The notes beneath the pieces were generated by a model. The model saw only the letters and a program-made list of their open reading frames with translations. It did not search any database and was not told where the DNA came from. From Phoronis australis (lineage: Eukaryota; Animalia; Phoronida), in the NCBI GenBank assembly GCA_002633005.1, contig NMRA01000840.1:5410-69409 (forward strand): a DNA stretch of 64,000 nucleotides. Direction: 5' to 3'. This document shows positions 37,708 to 50,962 of this stretch, piece by piece. Within the stretch, counting starts at the first letter, position 1, and every line of letters begins with the position of its first letter. The position numbers and the translations under genes are program-made.

Positions 37708-37942
37708 CTGTTGCAATAGAGTAGTGAGCCGGAAATGTCTTTGTGACAAAAGTGCTGGTGACGTTAAAAGAGTAAACTCCTGTAGCGGCCACTTCAAAAA
37801 AGTTCGGCATTGCTGTTCTGCGGAAGTAATCTGCACGAAATCCGTCAAAAGACAACAGGAGAGTCCATTTGGACACGCTCTGAGAATCGCTCTGTGTCAA
37901 CGTGGACAGCATATAGAGTGTGATTGTGACAATACGTAGCAT
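37708..37942 (-). CDS. ENPP4/5-like, exon 1 (signal peptide, catalytic Thr)
   Basis: MLRIVTITLYMLSTLTQS signal-like sequence, LLLSFDGFRADY and TKTFPAHYSIATG; donor ACAG|GTAACC. Joined CDS is 1425 nt (474 aa). An upstream in-frame ATG exists at 38020. Confidence 0.88.
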
Positions 37943-40900
37943 GGCGTTTGGCGTGTTCTTGTTGGTCGGGGCCTTTGTCCTGTAACTAGAAGCAAATAAT
38001 TCTGTCGCACATGCCCGCATTGATTACAGACAGGACAATAAAATCATGTTGATTGTGACAATTATGAGCTTGAGGATATACTGATGTTATAGACCAGATA
38101 ACATACTTTTCTCTACTTCCTTGTAAACACTTCAAGCACGCGCATTTTTAAAAGAAAACAAGAATATATCCCGTGATGCTGTTTCAGGCGATTCTAAGAG
38201 ATAATGCTCACGCAACATTATGCCGGTAATACGCCAATGGTTTGTCTTTAAGGTCATCACCATTTTAGCTTAAAGTCACAAAGTGGCCGCCACTGAAGAA
38301 GTTGGACGGCTCAGACGGAATGTGCAATTATTAAAAAAATGCACAATGAGTAAGCAATTATAGCCGCATTTTATTTGTAAGGTGTGATTACCTTTATGGT
38401 ACATACCCACGATGGTCTAATAAAGGTAAGGACGTACTACGAAATAGACGACACATGGATGGTAATTATACATGTACATGCAATAGCACCTTGTGATATA
38501 GTCTAACATCGTTACAGCGTACAATGTAGGCCTACCTCAGGGGACATTCGAAATATGTACTATCTATAACAATAGTTCTTTGTAATCAAGGAAGTCAATT
38601 ATGCATTAGATCAAGTTGGTATTTCGAAGTATGTATCTTACAACACAGTTCACGTTCTAAACGCGGTATAAGTTAATTAGGTTCGACTTTAGATGTACTT
38701 TCCAGTTTCAAGTCATTCCTGTTTAGTAAGTACACTGTACACGCTATAGGTGCATAGTTCGTACAATCAGCACACTTCAAAGCTGCGCCTTGGCCCAAAA
38801 CACATTTAAATTGATTTTACAGCATCCTGCCTTCATCACAAAAACTAACATCTGCTTTAGACAACTTATACTTAAGAAACTAGACCTAAATTATTTCAAA
38901 TAAAAGATGATTTACGGACCTTTCTGACATTTCGTCCTTGCTTGATACTAGTCTCCAGAAGTAACGTTGTCACGCTATGTCATTTTTATGCATCGATTAT
39001 TTTCCCAAACTAATGTTTTTGTCCAAGCTTACATGTATAAACCATTACTCATCTGATTTAGAAACAAACTGAAATCATTGACTGCTATAGTGACGTAAAC
39101 GAAACCCTTCAAAATGGCGACTTAATTACGATTATTTGGACAAAATGATGAAAATGAAGTGTTCTCCCTTAGAATTTAATTGGACAAGAGACCACACAGA
39201 AAAGTTTTTCAAACCAAAACGCATTCAATTTTGGACAGTCTAGGTAACAGAGTGTGGTGTTTTTGCTGTTCTTTTAAAAGTTTTAAATTAGTAAACATTG
39301 TCTCCGTCTCGCTTTTCTTGATAATTAAATAAACGATGTTCACACAACAAACCTTCAGACACTTCAATCTATGGATACGTAGATACCAATTCTTGAAGAT
39401 TCTTATCCTTACTTCTTTGATGTGGTTGAATTGACTTGTTTTTTTTCCGGAAACTAAACCAGAAAGGCAGACCTTAATTATTTTTACAGGAGTTGATATT
39501 TCTTCCATTTGTGATCCGGAAGGACGAGACATTGTTGTGGTTATTGGTGGAAATAAAAGATGTCCACGTACTTGTTGTCATTTCTGTTTTATTAAAGGCA
39601 CCATAATGGAGTGAATTGAACCGTTTTAACTGGACTTACTTGATTGGAATGACAGTATCCGCCAGGTGTCGCGCAAACGCAAGAGCTCGTACCCTGACGC
39701 ATCTGCCAACTTCCCTTTCAAGGGGACGGGAGTCCCCGAAGATCTAGGACATTTTAATCAAGCAAGCCCAGTTAAAATGATTGAATTGTTCCATTATTGA
39801 CATGCCTGGATGGATCAAGACTCTCATTTTGCCAAGGCATCATACTAAGTATCCTGCATTTGAATTGAAATACATTATTTTCAATGATCTGAGCCAAAAT
39901 TACTAGATAAAAACTGTTGATGTTGATTTGGTGTATTATACTACAGCAAGTTGCAAAGCTGATATATATTACCAGTGACATTCCGGCGAATTCCGCAAAA
40001 AAAAACTGGTAAAACCCCCAGTAAATATCTCTTCACTGAGCCTCAAATGACTAAACTGATCAGCGACTTATTGAGACAAGAGAACAAGGCTGAAAAGAAT
40101 CGTGAAAAATGTCCAAATTTACTGTAGCTACTAACTTGGGATTACCATGTCTCAAAAATGGTTTATCAGATGGATGTGAAACTCTTAAGATATTTTGGCA
40201 CCATTCTCCGATGTGATATCGCACACATCAGTTGCTGGTGTACTGAATATGATTTCCACTGGAAAGAATCCTCAAACCACGTCACGGCTGTAATCGATCA
40301 TGTTCATTGTCGTGTAATGCCCTGTAGAAAACGTGCTAGCAGTATTTTTATAATCAAGGACGTCACCATAGCTTTTAAAAAAGACAACCTTAATGGACAT
40401 TGCTTAATTTGAATAATGTAACGGTAAATAAGATATTGACGTTACTAAAGTAACAATTTTACTTACTTGACCGTTACACAAGAGTAATGCCATACGGATG
40501 GTGAGCTTTCATTCCCTGGCGAACACGGGAATGTTGGCATGCGCCAGTGCGTCCGTAGTCACAAACAATTCGATTGGATTGCAAACCACGGAAGTTTCAC
40601 ATTCAATGTGTTGCCTTTTAGCTTATCGGTGAACAGATACGCAACCGTCTATCGTGAAAAGTTTACCATACTACCATAAATACCATTGCTCAAATTTGCA
40701 AAACAAAAGAAATTTTAGTCTGCGTATTATATTGTTTTCGTAATATGATAATATAAACACCGCAAGAAAGCTTTAAGATCCTCTAACTCCCCCTTGAAGT
40801 CTTATAATAAGTCCTTAAATATAGGTCACATAAACCTGCATGTCTTCAGGTAGAGTATAACTTATAGGTGTGAGAAATGTTCAAAGTAATGCGCTCACAA

Positions 40901-43035
40901 CCTATTCGTCCCCGGGTGGCCTGGCATTGGACATCGACGTCGACGTTGCTAGAGCATACGAAGAGACAAAAACGTTCAATTTTACTTACAGTGACACAGC
41001 CTGAGACCAGCTAAATATATGATCTTCATTTCGAAGAATTGGTTCGATAAGTACTTGAACTCAACGGGTATCACTGTTCACATTGCAAGATAAGACTGAT
41101 GTCAAAGTTTTCTAGGTTATGTATATAGGCCTACACCTGTAGTGTTTGTGTAGAGTAAAGACATCACAGTAGTATAACCAGTTATTCGCTGATATTGTTT
41201 CCAATATGACCAATTTCACCTTCAATCTACAATACACAATCAATAAATAACTTAAGTCTAATAATGTAATGCAACATATTTCTTATAAAATACTGACTTC
41301 TAAGTTGTTTTTATCCTTCTGTTAAACACATAACATGACGGCGACATCTCGTTGCTCCCAACTTGTTGGATTCTATAGCCCAACAACAAGTTGGGAAGTT
41401 TACCCCCGTAGCCAATATCTTATACAACTGATGAACTCCATTCTGGCATTTACGGTTGGAGGGCCTGCACTCTTTTGTTCGATAATTGCTGTAATCTCCA
41501 ATCAGATCGTATAGCCTGACTGGGCTGGGCTGATAAAAATGAACGTAAAGTTATAACATATCTGAGCTTAAACCAGTAGCATTTCTGAATTCCTCGTCAA
41601 ATGCTGATCACATTCCTTTTTTGAATCACTGTAATCGCCCAACTACAACAGAAGTTAAGATAATCTATTCTGTCCAAGCGGATTACCAACGCACTGGGTT
41701 TGACTGTATTCATACGCGTTCGGTAATTGCGTGCAACTACCATAGGTTTCCACTGAAGCCTGGGGGATAACTGGCCTGCTTGTTATCATACGGGATAAAA
41801 GACTGAGCTGGGCAGTTAACAAAAGAGCCAGATGTTATCGCACGTTCAGCACCCCTCACGTCTGGAAAAGTTACTGAACGACAGAACGCTCTAATCATAA
41901 AAAGATAGCAACCCTAACCAGTTAAGAAAAAATCGAAGGAGACAGGAGTAATCAAAACAGGTATGAAGCATATTTAAAACCAACGTTCCTTTGGGAAGTT
42001 GGGTTTTGTCAAGATCAACGCAAATTAATTTTTTTTTTTGTCTTTTTGTAATATTCAAAATGTTCCAAGTTAAAACTGCTCTCCACACTGCGGGCTTTAA
42101 CATTGTGCAAATGCCAGAGAAAAACAATTTGGGTGTACTAACGACCACCATTGTTAGAAAGTAGTGCGAGCTGTTTCTTTTCTACTTCATTCGCTCAGGT
42201 CTACCTCAATACAAAAGACATGCTGAATAGGGATCGTAAAAGTCGCCTCAAACTGATGTTGTTATCGTTCTCTATTTAATGCGACCCATCATAAACAATC
42301 TGGGGGTACCAACAGTATTTTTACGTTAATTTTCATTTCAGAGTTTTTAGATAGCATAATTGAATAGTTCGTGAAAAGTACACGTAAATAGGGCTTAGAA
42401 TTTTGAAAATCGGACAGGAAATATGACTTTTAATACCTAAATCGTGTGTAAAATACTGCTAGATTGTATGCCTCATTAATTCTGCTGGGTGTGCAACCTA
42501 AATTAACTGGGCCATATACCAAGCCACAATGGAGCAGAGGGCTTCAAAGTTACTGTAAGCCAAGTTTCATCCTGCATTGGCATGTCTGTAAACTGAAATT
42601 ACAGTTCAAAACCGTCGCTAAACGTGATGATATTAGTACTACATTGTTGATGACTAATCTTGTAAAAATGTATCATTTACAATTGTTTGTGTACGTAAAT
42701 AAAATTAGTGTTCGAGAGTCGCCTTCATATTCTTTCTATGAACAAAAGGAAGGCATATCATGAATTTCCGTGGGCAACGACTACAGTGTCCTTGTTCAAG
42801 ATTTTTGACATTGGTTAGAATTATGGCCGATAAATCAATGTAATGATCCATCTTGTGGTTCGTCCCTTATTTAGAAACCCAACTTGTAAACTTTAAACTT
42901 TTAATTTGGTTATCTACATAACAAAATATTGTTATCGTGGGGAACGCAGGGTTGCAAAATATTGAACTAGATTTTCAATTATTGCTATTTGAAATCTGTT
43001 AGCACCTAGAAAAATATTTAACGTAAACTGACGCA

Positions 43036-43157
43036 TTTTGGGCTTGGAGGGGGAAAACTGGTCCGCCCAGTGAATTTTGGGCTTGGAGGGGGAAAACTGG
43101 TCCGCCCAGTGAATTTTGGGCTTGAAGGGGGAAAACTGGTCCGCCCAGTGAATTTTG
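43036..43157. repeat. 39-bp tandem repeat, 3 copies
   Basis: ATTTTGGGCTTGGAGGGGGAAAACTGGTCCGCCCAGTGA repeated three times. Confidence 0.92.
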
Positions 43158-44296
43158 CAGAGGGCTGTAAACTATAGATGTCATTCACACACAATAGTCC
43201 TTAAGCCTTTTGAGAGAGACATGCAAGGACAGTGAAACCATTTCTTTGTGAAAGTTGCTCTTAGCCCCAGTTGGACAGCTTAACAAAATGTTTATGGTCC
43301 TGTCTGAGAGGATCATTGTTTCATTACACCTCCTGGATCATTGAATAGGTGAGCCCAGAATGCGCCTCCGCGTTTCCACAGAGGGTAAAATGTGTTTCAA
43401 TGTTGTAAGACGTATATTACCAGCGTACAACACTATTTATCTTATACATTTGAATTGCAATGCTGCTCAAGTACAATCTATTCTACGGTTGAACCATTTT
43501 TATCTATGTTTGAGCGTTAGTGATGTAACATGTAGTAGGAGGATACATATAAGACCGCCGAAGCAGAGTGAATATTGTAATAAGACTGACATTATAGTCC
43601 GACATCGTGATGCCGGGGAAGCATTGTAAAGAAAGAAACAAATTTTGTTACTGCAAATAAATTTTACATTCTGCAGTTTTTCTTCGTTTTCTCGGGTAAT
43701 TTCTTTCAATAAAATAATGAGGACAAAACAAAGGCGTTTGGCAAAACTACCCTATTGATCGCTATTGGTTGTAAGTTATCAACGCCAGTTTGAATGTAAA
43801 CATACATACCCTTTTCTTGTGCGTTAATGAAACAGTCCTCACGTTGCTGCTGGGAGACAACGGGGCAGCATGTTTTAATGTCATTCAAGCCATCTCAATT
43901 TTACAAACAGTGAGCAACGCAATTCTTATAAGGACCAGAGCACTTGTCACTGGGTCTTTTCCAAACTCTTGTGAGGATACGGTTGAAATACAACTTTCGC
44001 TGTAAATCAAAACACTTAGAAACAGCGGTTCCCTAATTGAGGAATGGGCTCTCGTAACTTTGATTAAACAAAGCGAAATGAATAAACTGGCAGCCGACAT
44101 TAGAATAGAGTACATGTATACCCCCATTTTACAACATACTGGCAACCATTATCGCCTCCTTGAGGCCGCAACATTTCCTATCTTTATCTCTCGGCAACAC
44201 ATAGATGCCACAAAATTCCCAGATCCATCTTAAGATCACGGTTTTGTGACAGCATCGTTATGTTATAGTTCGTGCTATCAGTCAGCTATCTTGGAT

Positions 44297-45555
44297 TCAA
44301 ACTTTGTATGACATCCCAGTGTTGTGCATCACTATTGCCATTCTGCTGCGATCTCGAGACAAACTGCCATCCATTTGAACGTATGCACCATTAACATATC
44401 TCAAAGCTGTGTTGTCATAGTAACCCCAAAGCGTCTGGTGACGGAGGGAGTGGCCATGGTATGCAGTTACAGGCTTCTTTTCGTGTTTGAAGCTGTGTTT
44501 CACATTCTTACTCTTTCGTCGGAGACGTCGGCGTCTACGCCACTGAATGAACACGTATGTAAAAGACGTAATTGACAAAAATAAGATGAAACATGCAACA
44601 CAGCATAAAATGAAAATAATCTTCCAATCTTCCAAAATGAAGCTCCTAGCTATCTCACAGTTGGCCCCACTTGTGCGTGCGGTGCAAGTGCACGACCCGT
44701 GACCAACAGCATCTTCGGAACATGAGCCTCCGTTGTAGCACAGGCGGCGATGGCAGGGTATCACGCAGGTGACACCGGCAACACCGTCAGTAAATTTGTC
44801 TATGTAGCCATGCAGACACGTGCATGTGTAAGATCCATCCGTGTTTTTGCATTTTGCAAACGACGAGCAGGGTGAGGATGTAGCGCACTCGTCTACGTCG
44901 AAGATGAACAAACGTTTCACTTGCGATACTTTGCCCAGGTTAACTTCCATTATCGACTTAATTAGCGAGAAATTTCCAAAATCGACAAATGTGGGCCATG
45001 GCGACGGATAAATCGAAGATGCCGATGCAGCATTCTCCATTATTTCCATGTTCGTTTCCGCGCCTACGGCAGCATTTCCGTTGTAAAATCGGATAACTGA
45101 ACACAGTACTCTGCTTACGACTTTTGAATAAGTGTCCAAAATAGCAATTTTTAATGTGTTGCACACGCCTGTCTCCAATTGTTCGAACTGCTGGCTGTTT
45201 TTGTTCTTTAACACTTCCACAAAATCAACTCTTTGGTTGTTAATCTTGAAGAAGACGACATCAATAAGAAACGTAATTGTACGGAGATGCTTTGAGGTAA
45301 CGGACTGAGTTGTTTGAAGTTGTGCCGTGGAAGGATGTGCCGTGGGAGGCTGTGTTGTTGGATGTTGTGTTGTTGGCGTTTGTGTTGTAGGAGGCTGTGT
45401 TGTTGCAGGCTGTGTGGTTGGAGACTGTATCGAAGAAAGTTGAGTTGTTGGAGGCTGTGTTGTTGGAGGTTGTGTTGTTGGAGGCTGTGTTGTTGGAGGC
45501 TGTGTTGTTGGAGGTTTTGTTGTTGGAGGTTGAGATGTCGTTGTAACTTCTTTAC
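44297..45555 (-). CDS. Metalloprotease gene, last exon: (TTQPP)n mucin stalk, SEA-like domain, Ca-binding EGF, EGF, TM, cytoplasmic tail
   Basis: Acceptor TTTTCAG|GT (phase 1); DVDECATSSPC..CKNTDGSYTCTC; PC..LCYNGGSC..CTC..SGANCE; hydrophobic helix followed by RRRRRLRRK; ends SYKV*. Confidence 0.88.
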
Positions 45556-46744
45556 CTGAAAATGATAGGACATGAATAAATTTAAGATCTTTTATGGTAT
45601 TAGGAAGTACAATTTTCTGACCCACATACTGAATGAAATCGAATCGTTAAAACGCAAAACAACGTTCACTTCTTCTTTTAAAAACTGACACAATCAATTA
45701 CGTGGATCAGAAAATCCGATGCCAGGTTGCATGACACTACACTGTCCTAGATTAAACTACTCGGTATGTAAAGAGGCCACCTATTTGGTCAAGAAGTATT
45801 ATCACAAAGTTTGGGACGGTGTAAATCATTCATATCGTGTTGTGCAATTTAGAGTTTTCATTTTAACTTTCAGTTGACAAGGAATATTCATTTCCACTAG
45901 AAAACGCGTACTTACGGATGAAGTGTTTAGTGGCTCCCTGCCTTTATTCTTAGTGTTGGTAAGAGAATGGAAGCGAAAACACCAAATATCGATTACAATG
46001 ATATATACATGTACATTTTTACATAATTCAATTAAGATTAGTAAAGAAATCCTTGATGCAGCCCATATATACTCAAACAGCAAAATACCACTAACCACGT
46101 GACCCTAACCAGTTGGACATAGTAAATGAAAAACCACGTAACATTCTGTAAAGCAATTTGTATTTTGGTGATGACGCTTTACTGAAGCAAAGCGAAACGT
46201 TTGTCATTGAACATGTATAAGGCTTCTACATGTATAGATGTGTGTGTGTGTGTGTGTTTGTGTGTGTGTAGGTACGTGTTTTTGTGTGCTCCATATGGTG
46301 AAAATCGCACGATTAACTCAAGGTCAAAGGCGAAGCTATGACGATCAGTATTGTATGAAGGGTATAACACACTTTGCTGATGAATCAACAGTGACCCAGG
46401 AGAAAGTATCTGAGCATAGGTTTATTTAATTGACATTTAGCCCCCAGACTTGATACTAAAGACTCAGTGGCCATTCATTATATCTAGTTGGAAATTGTTA
46501 ATGAGAAATAACCCAATTTTCTGTACAGCAATTTTTATTTTGCTAATGCATATGAATGCTTGTGTGTGCGCGCACCCGCGTGCATGTGCTTCTGTGAGTG
46601 CAGACATGATTGTGATGGCCAAAAGTTTTGTCGGTTCTATTCTATACATTATTTTAGATACTTGCAAAATCAACCCTCTTGTGGAAACCTCATTTTTGGG
46701 TTAAGCCTCAATTGTACATGTATGTTGAAACACCAAGAACGTAC

Positions 46745-46924
46745 AAGATGGAGTTGGAGCGGATTCCCAAGTTTCACTCAGCAGACATTTGACGCTCTTC
46801 ACTCCTTGTAGTTCAAAGCCGTTATAGCACGAGTAAGTCGCCTCGCTGCCGAAAGTTGTTGCCCGGCTAGGTGAATACGTTACGTTTCCATTAGAGGGCG
46901 CTGGCAAAGTTCCACAGTTCACGA
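46745..46924 (-). CDS. Metalloprotease gene, sushi/CCP exon
   Basis: TTGCAG|TC ... T|GTACGT, 180 nt, phase 1-1; VNCGTLPAPSNG..TTFGSEATYSCYNGFELQG..VKC..W..PS. The last Cys codon is completed by the next exon (T|GT). Confidence 0.88.
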
Positions 46925-49194
46925 CTGCAACGATAAGGCACGAGGTAAAATACAGTCTGTGTCTGGAGTCCAGGGGTAAAGAAATCGACCAGTTTTATTG
47001 TGATGAACGGTATTGTCCCGAACTTTACATATGACTCACTTATTGTACTGTAGCATCAAAGAATTTTATTCAAATGGCTTAACACATGTCGTTGTCATCA
47101 GTGGCGGATTGGGGGGGGGGGGGAAAAGACGTCCATGTCCCACTAAAATTTCCCCATATTCCATTTGGTAGTTCGAGGTTGCAAATGTATTACGGGCAAA
47201 ATCCTAGCTAACACTCTGCCCTGGCTCCCGCCTTACTCAAAATCCTGGATCCGCTTCATAACCCAAGGTGAACGAAATATGAGACCTACATACTGTATTG
47301 CTAATAGAATTGTAAAATCACATCGTATTTCTCCGGGTCCAAGAAAAATTACTGTTATATGGGCCTTAGAAGCCCATGGAGCCTATCTCTATTTCATAGC
47401 GTTGTCCGATCAACGAGCTAACCCAGTAGGTGCTTTGTACATTTAGGATTAAAGAAAAGCACAGAACATGACATGTACTTGTGATCATTCAAGGTAACTT
47501 GTTTATAGTGATTAAAACCACCAATTCCACATCAAAAACACCACAAACAAACCTTCCAGTCCATCTCCGTTCAAATTAGAATACCCGCAAACACTACACT
47601 GTATCTGAAGACACTGAGTTACGAGCAACAATTGGTGATCGATTCATACTACAGTGTACTTAGAATCGAGACAAACAACCACAACCTTAGCCCTACTGCC
47701 TTGTGTTTGGTGTAAAAATTCGTCAAAATATCGCTGCGCTTTTTCCACTGGTTTATGGTTTAATAAAAGACGATGAAGAGCTGCGTTTGTGGTGGTCGTT
47801 ACTACTCGGTATTCAAGCACGCTCTGGCTATTCTCACTTTCCGTGGGACATTAGAAATGCGCGGACGCAGCACAAGTTTGAACAAGAAACTCGCGTGATG
47901 GTGGTCGTGACACACTGATGCAGGGCTAGTACATGTACATAGTTACTCTCCTGTTTCAGCTAAACAGCTTGAAATTAAAGTTGCTTTTCCTTTATTTTCT
48001 CACCAGCAGACGACTTAATTGGAACCCCAATGAAGAAATGTGAAGCATTGCTGTTAAATGCCGCATTACCGTAGTTTTCGCCCAGGTTTCTCAGTTTCGG
48101 AATAATGCCATTGGACCTGCAGCCCATACTGGATTTCACATTAGGTCCATATGCCAACAGCAACAAATTGCTATGTTTACGTACGGGATCTGGGATGAAA
48201 ACATGGTAGGTACAAAATGGCGACGTTGTTTATTGACGAATAAGTACATGTAGACACCTGTTTGAAAAATGAACGTCAAAAGAATTACAAGTAAGTTGAC
48301 TCATTAAAACCTTACCGACACAAGTCAATTCAAATCCAAAGCAACGACGCACCTACGTCGAATACAGTGTTCGCATGGTGTTGTACCATGCGGTACAGCC
48401 CGAGAACCGCCAATCGGAGCGTTTGGAAGCATAGGCGCGCTGAACGGGACGACTAATGAGAAAACATGTTACATACATGTACATGTATCATCCATCTGAG
48501 AACACATCAGTAGGTTAGTTTTACCACATTTGATCACAAAATGCCACGTATCCTCCAAATAACTTGCATTTTGTTGCTACCAAACATCTTTTTGAGAATT
48601 ATTGAAATTTAACGTTTTCAAGTAAAAAGGGACTTTTCGGGTCAATACTTATATTCGCCGTGCTTATACTGTGTTGTTTTTTAAACTGAATGTTCTGGAA
48701 ACAAACCAGTTTGGACACTCACCGTCCACACACAGTAAAGCCAAAAACCAGCCTCGGATTTGCTCTCACTTCCAAGATATTTAGATTTAGTAACCCATTT
48801 CTCACAAATCGCCCCTTTCACTTCTCCTTTTCGGTTTCCAAAACGATTCGAGTGAGCATTAGGTGCTTGAATTGTGTAGTTCAATCAGAAGGCTAATCGC
48901 ACGTTTAGCTCGCGCTTGAAAAATCCGGCCACCTGAATATTCGCAGACATATACCGTAGTTTGAATTCTCCCTCCATTAAGTCAGACAGTTGTTGTAGAT
49001 CTGTTCGTTTGTTCTGAAACCTCTGGAATTCAGCGACCGATCGACAAATGAATAAGGCGCTTCAGTTATTTTTTTTTTGTAAAGATTTCACGTCTCAACA
49101 CGTCATAGTAAAGTTACGTACCTGTAGAATGTATGGTGGATTCATTTATTAGCCATTTGGCTCAACCACCGCAGGTACGCTAATGAACACTTAC

Positions 49195-49296
49195 ACTGTC
49201 TACATGTGAAGCAGCAGAGTTTTCGGTTCTGAGCTGACAAGCAAATAAGGGATGGCGGTGCAACGGAACAGTCAGCTTTGTCTCCGTACTCACAAC
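49195..49296 (-). CDS. Metalloprotease gene, Cys-rich (ShK-like) repeat 2
   Basis: TTCCAG|GT ... T|GTAAGT, 102 nt; GCEYGDKADC..IC..NRKLCCFTCRQ. Confidence 0.82.
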
Positions 49297-50371
49297 CTGG
49301 AATAAAAAAGCATCATATTGACCATATTTAAGTCAACTATCAACCATCCACATCACTGAAATTTCGAATGACCGTTATGACAACCCCTGAACGTAAGTTA
49401 AATATGCTGAGAACTTAAGGACTTAAGACAACAACTCATCAACTTATGCAAAACAAAACACGTCTGCACGCCTTAGGTAAGTGACATTTTTGAGGATAAG
49501 TGTTAACGAGATGCATATCAAATATGTACATGTATGTTAATTTAAGTTAGATTTTTTCAGGACAAAATAAAAAAGACATGATCAATAGTAAATCTGAAAG
49601 GACATGACGTACGATGTAAATTTGCAGAATTATTGTTATGGTAACTCAGGATCGGGAATCCCGCAATTTAAACCAAATGTCTACAGAAATACAAATACAA
49701 GTTCGCTGAACACAGACAAGCCTGTAGAGTTTGATTGTATAGTATACAATCAAACTCTACAGGCTTGTCTGTACACACGTACACGTATTACGTGTACGTG
49801 TGTACAGTACCGAACGGCCAGTATTGGGGGAGTCACGTCTTTTTAGTCTTTTGTCATGGAATTCATAAAAGGCTATTTTCCCTCATGCAAACATGGACTA
49901 TTTTACAACAATCCCTAGAAGCACTTTAGAGAGCAGTCTATAAAAAACAGTGTCTGAAAGTTTCGTGCAAATTTGGCCCTGAAGTTTGTGAGACAAGAAT
50001 ATTCCAAATCTGGACATTTGTCGAAAGTCCTACTTGCCATTGATGTGATAATACGAGTACGTAGCCACATCAAGAGAATGAGTCACTCTGCATTTTTTCT
50101 TACATGTAAGATGTTAAAATGATTTGGAAAAATTTACTCTTAACTGCGGACGACTGCAGGTTTATAAAAAGAAAATCTGCTGAGGGAGTGAAAATTTTCA
50201 ATTACCGCACATATAACTCGTAACAAAATTAACCGTTTTGCATCGTTTTGCCCCAAAGATTCACACCAACATTAAAAATCTAACTTTGAGATGATAGAAA
50301 TGGAAGTACAAATATGCAAGTCGAAGTTCACTGTGAAAGTAATTTTTAACAAAGGAGTATTCAATGGCCTA

Positions 50372-50962
50372 CCGGAATTTACCGAAAACAGGTCCATTCG
50401 AAAGTACACTGTACGCCAATAATCAGAGTTTTCGAAAATTTTCCAAAAGTACATGTTCGTTCATCAGCGTATTTACGGTAACTGTTCGTATGTTTGAAAA
50501 TCTGACAGAGGTGTTCTAAATTTCCGGGATTTTTCCGAGATAATACCATGGGCGTGTATTGGGAAAATGGAAAATTTCAGGCGTTAACATTAACACCAAA
50601 TAAACGCCCGGGCGGCATTTAAGTGGAAAGTCATTGTCTCGGCTGGTATGGAAATATTATCGATTGTTTGCATAAAACTGTGCTTTTTGATTTTAAGTTA
50701 ATGAATACATAGTTTCCCAACACTTTGTTCGTTCTTTTAAAGGATAAATGCTCCGCAAAACTGAATTTGTGGCTAAAAGTTGACGCTGACTGGACTTTAA
50801 AGAGGAAATATTTCGAATAAATGCCTCAGTTTCTGGATTCTTGACAACGGAAGTTGTAACGATAAATAAACTTAAGGCCAATAGGCGTTTATTCGGCATA
50901 TTTTCCAAAACAAAACGCCCACGGGCGTTTCATCCGGTGGGCTTATCTACGGAAAATCCCGG
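50372..50962. mobile_element. TA-flanked pogo/Tc1-type MITE
   Basis: TA|CCGGAATTTACCG ... CGGAAAATCCCGG|TA imperfect TIRs; internal AAACGCCC..GGGCG palindromes. Confidence 0.55.

Noticed and set aside
45208-45573. Gln-rich and Cys/Trp-rich ORFs overlapping the mucin repeat
   Set aside because: Alternative-frame and antisense shadows of the 15-bp TTQPP repeat.
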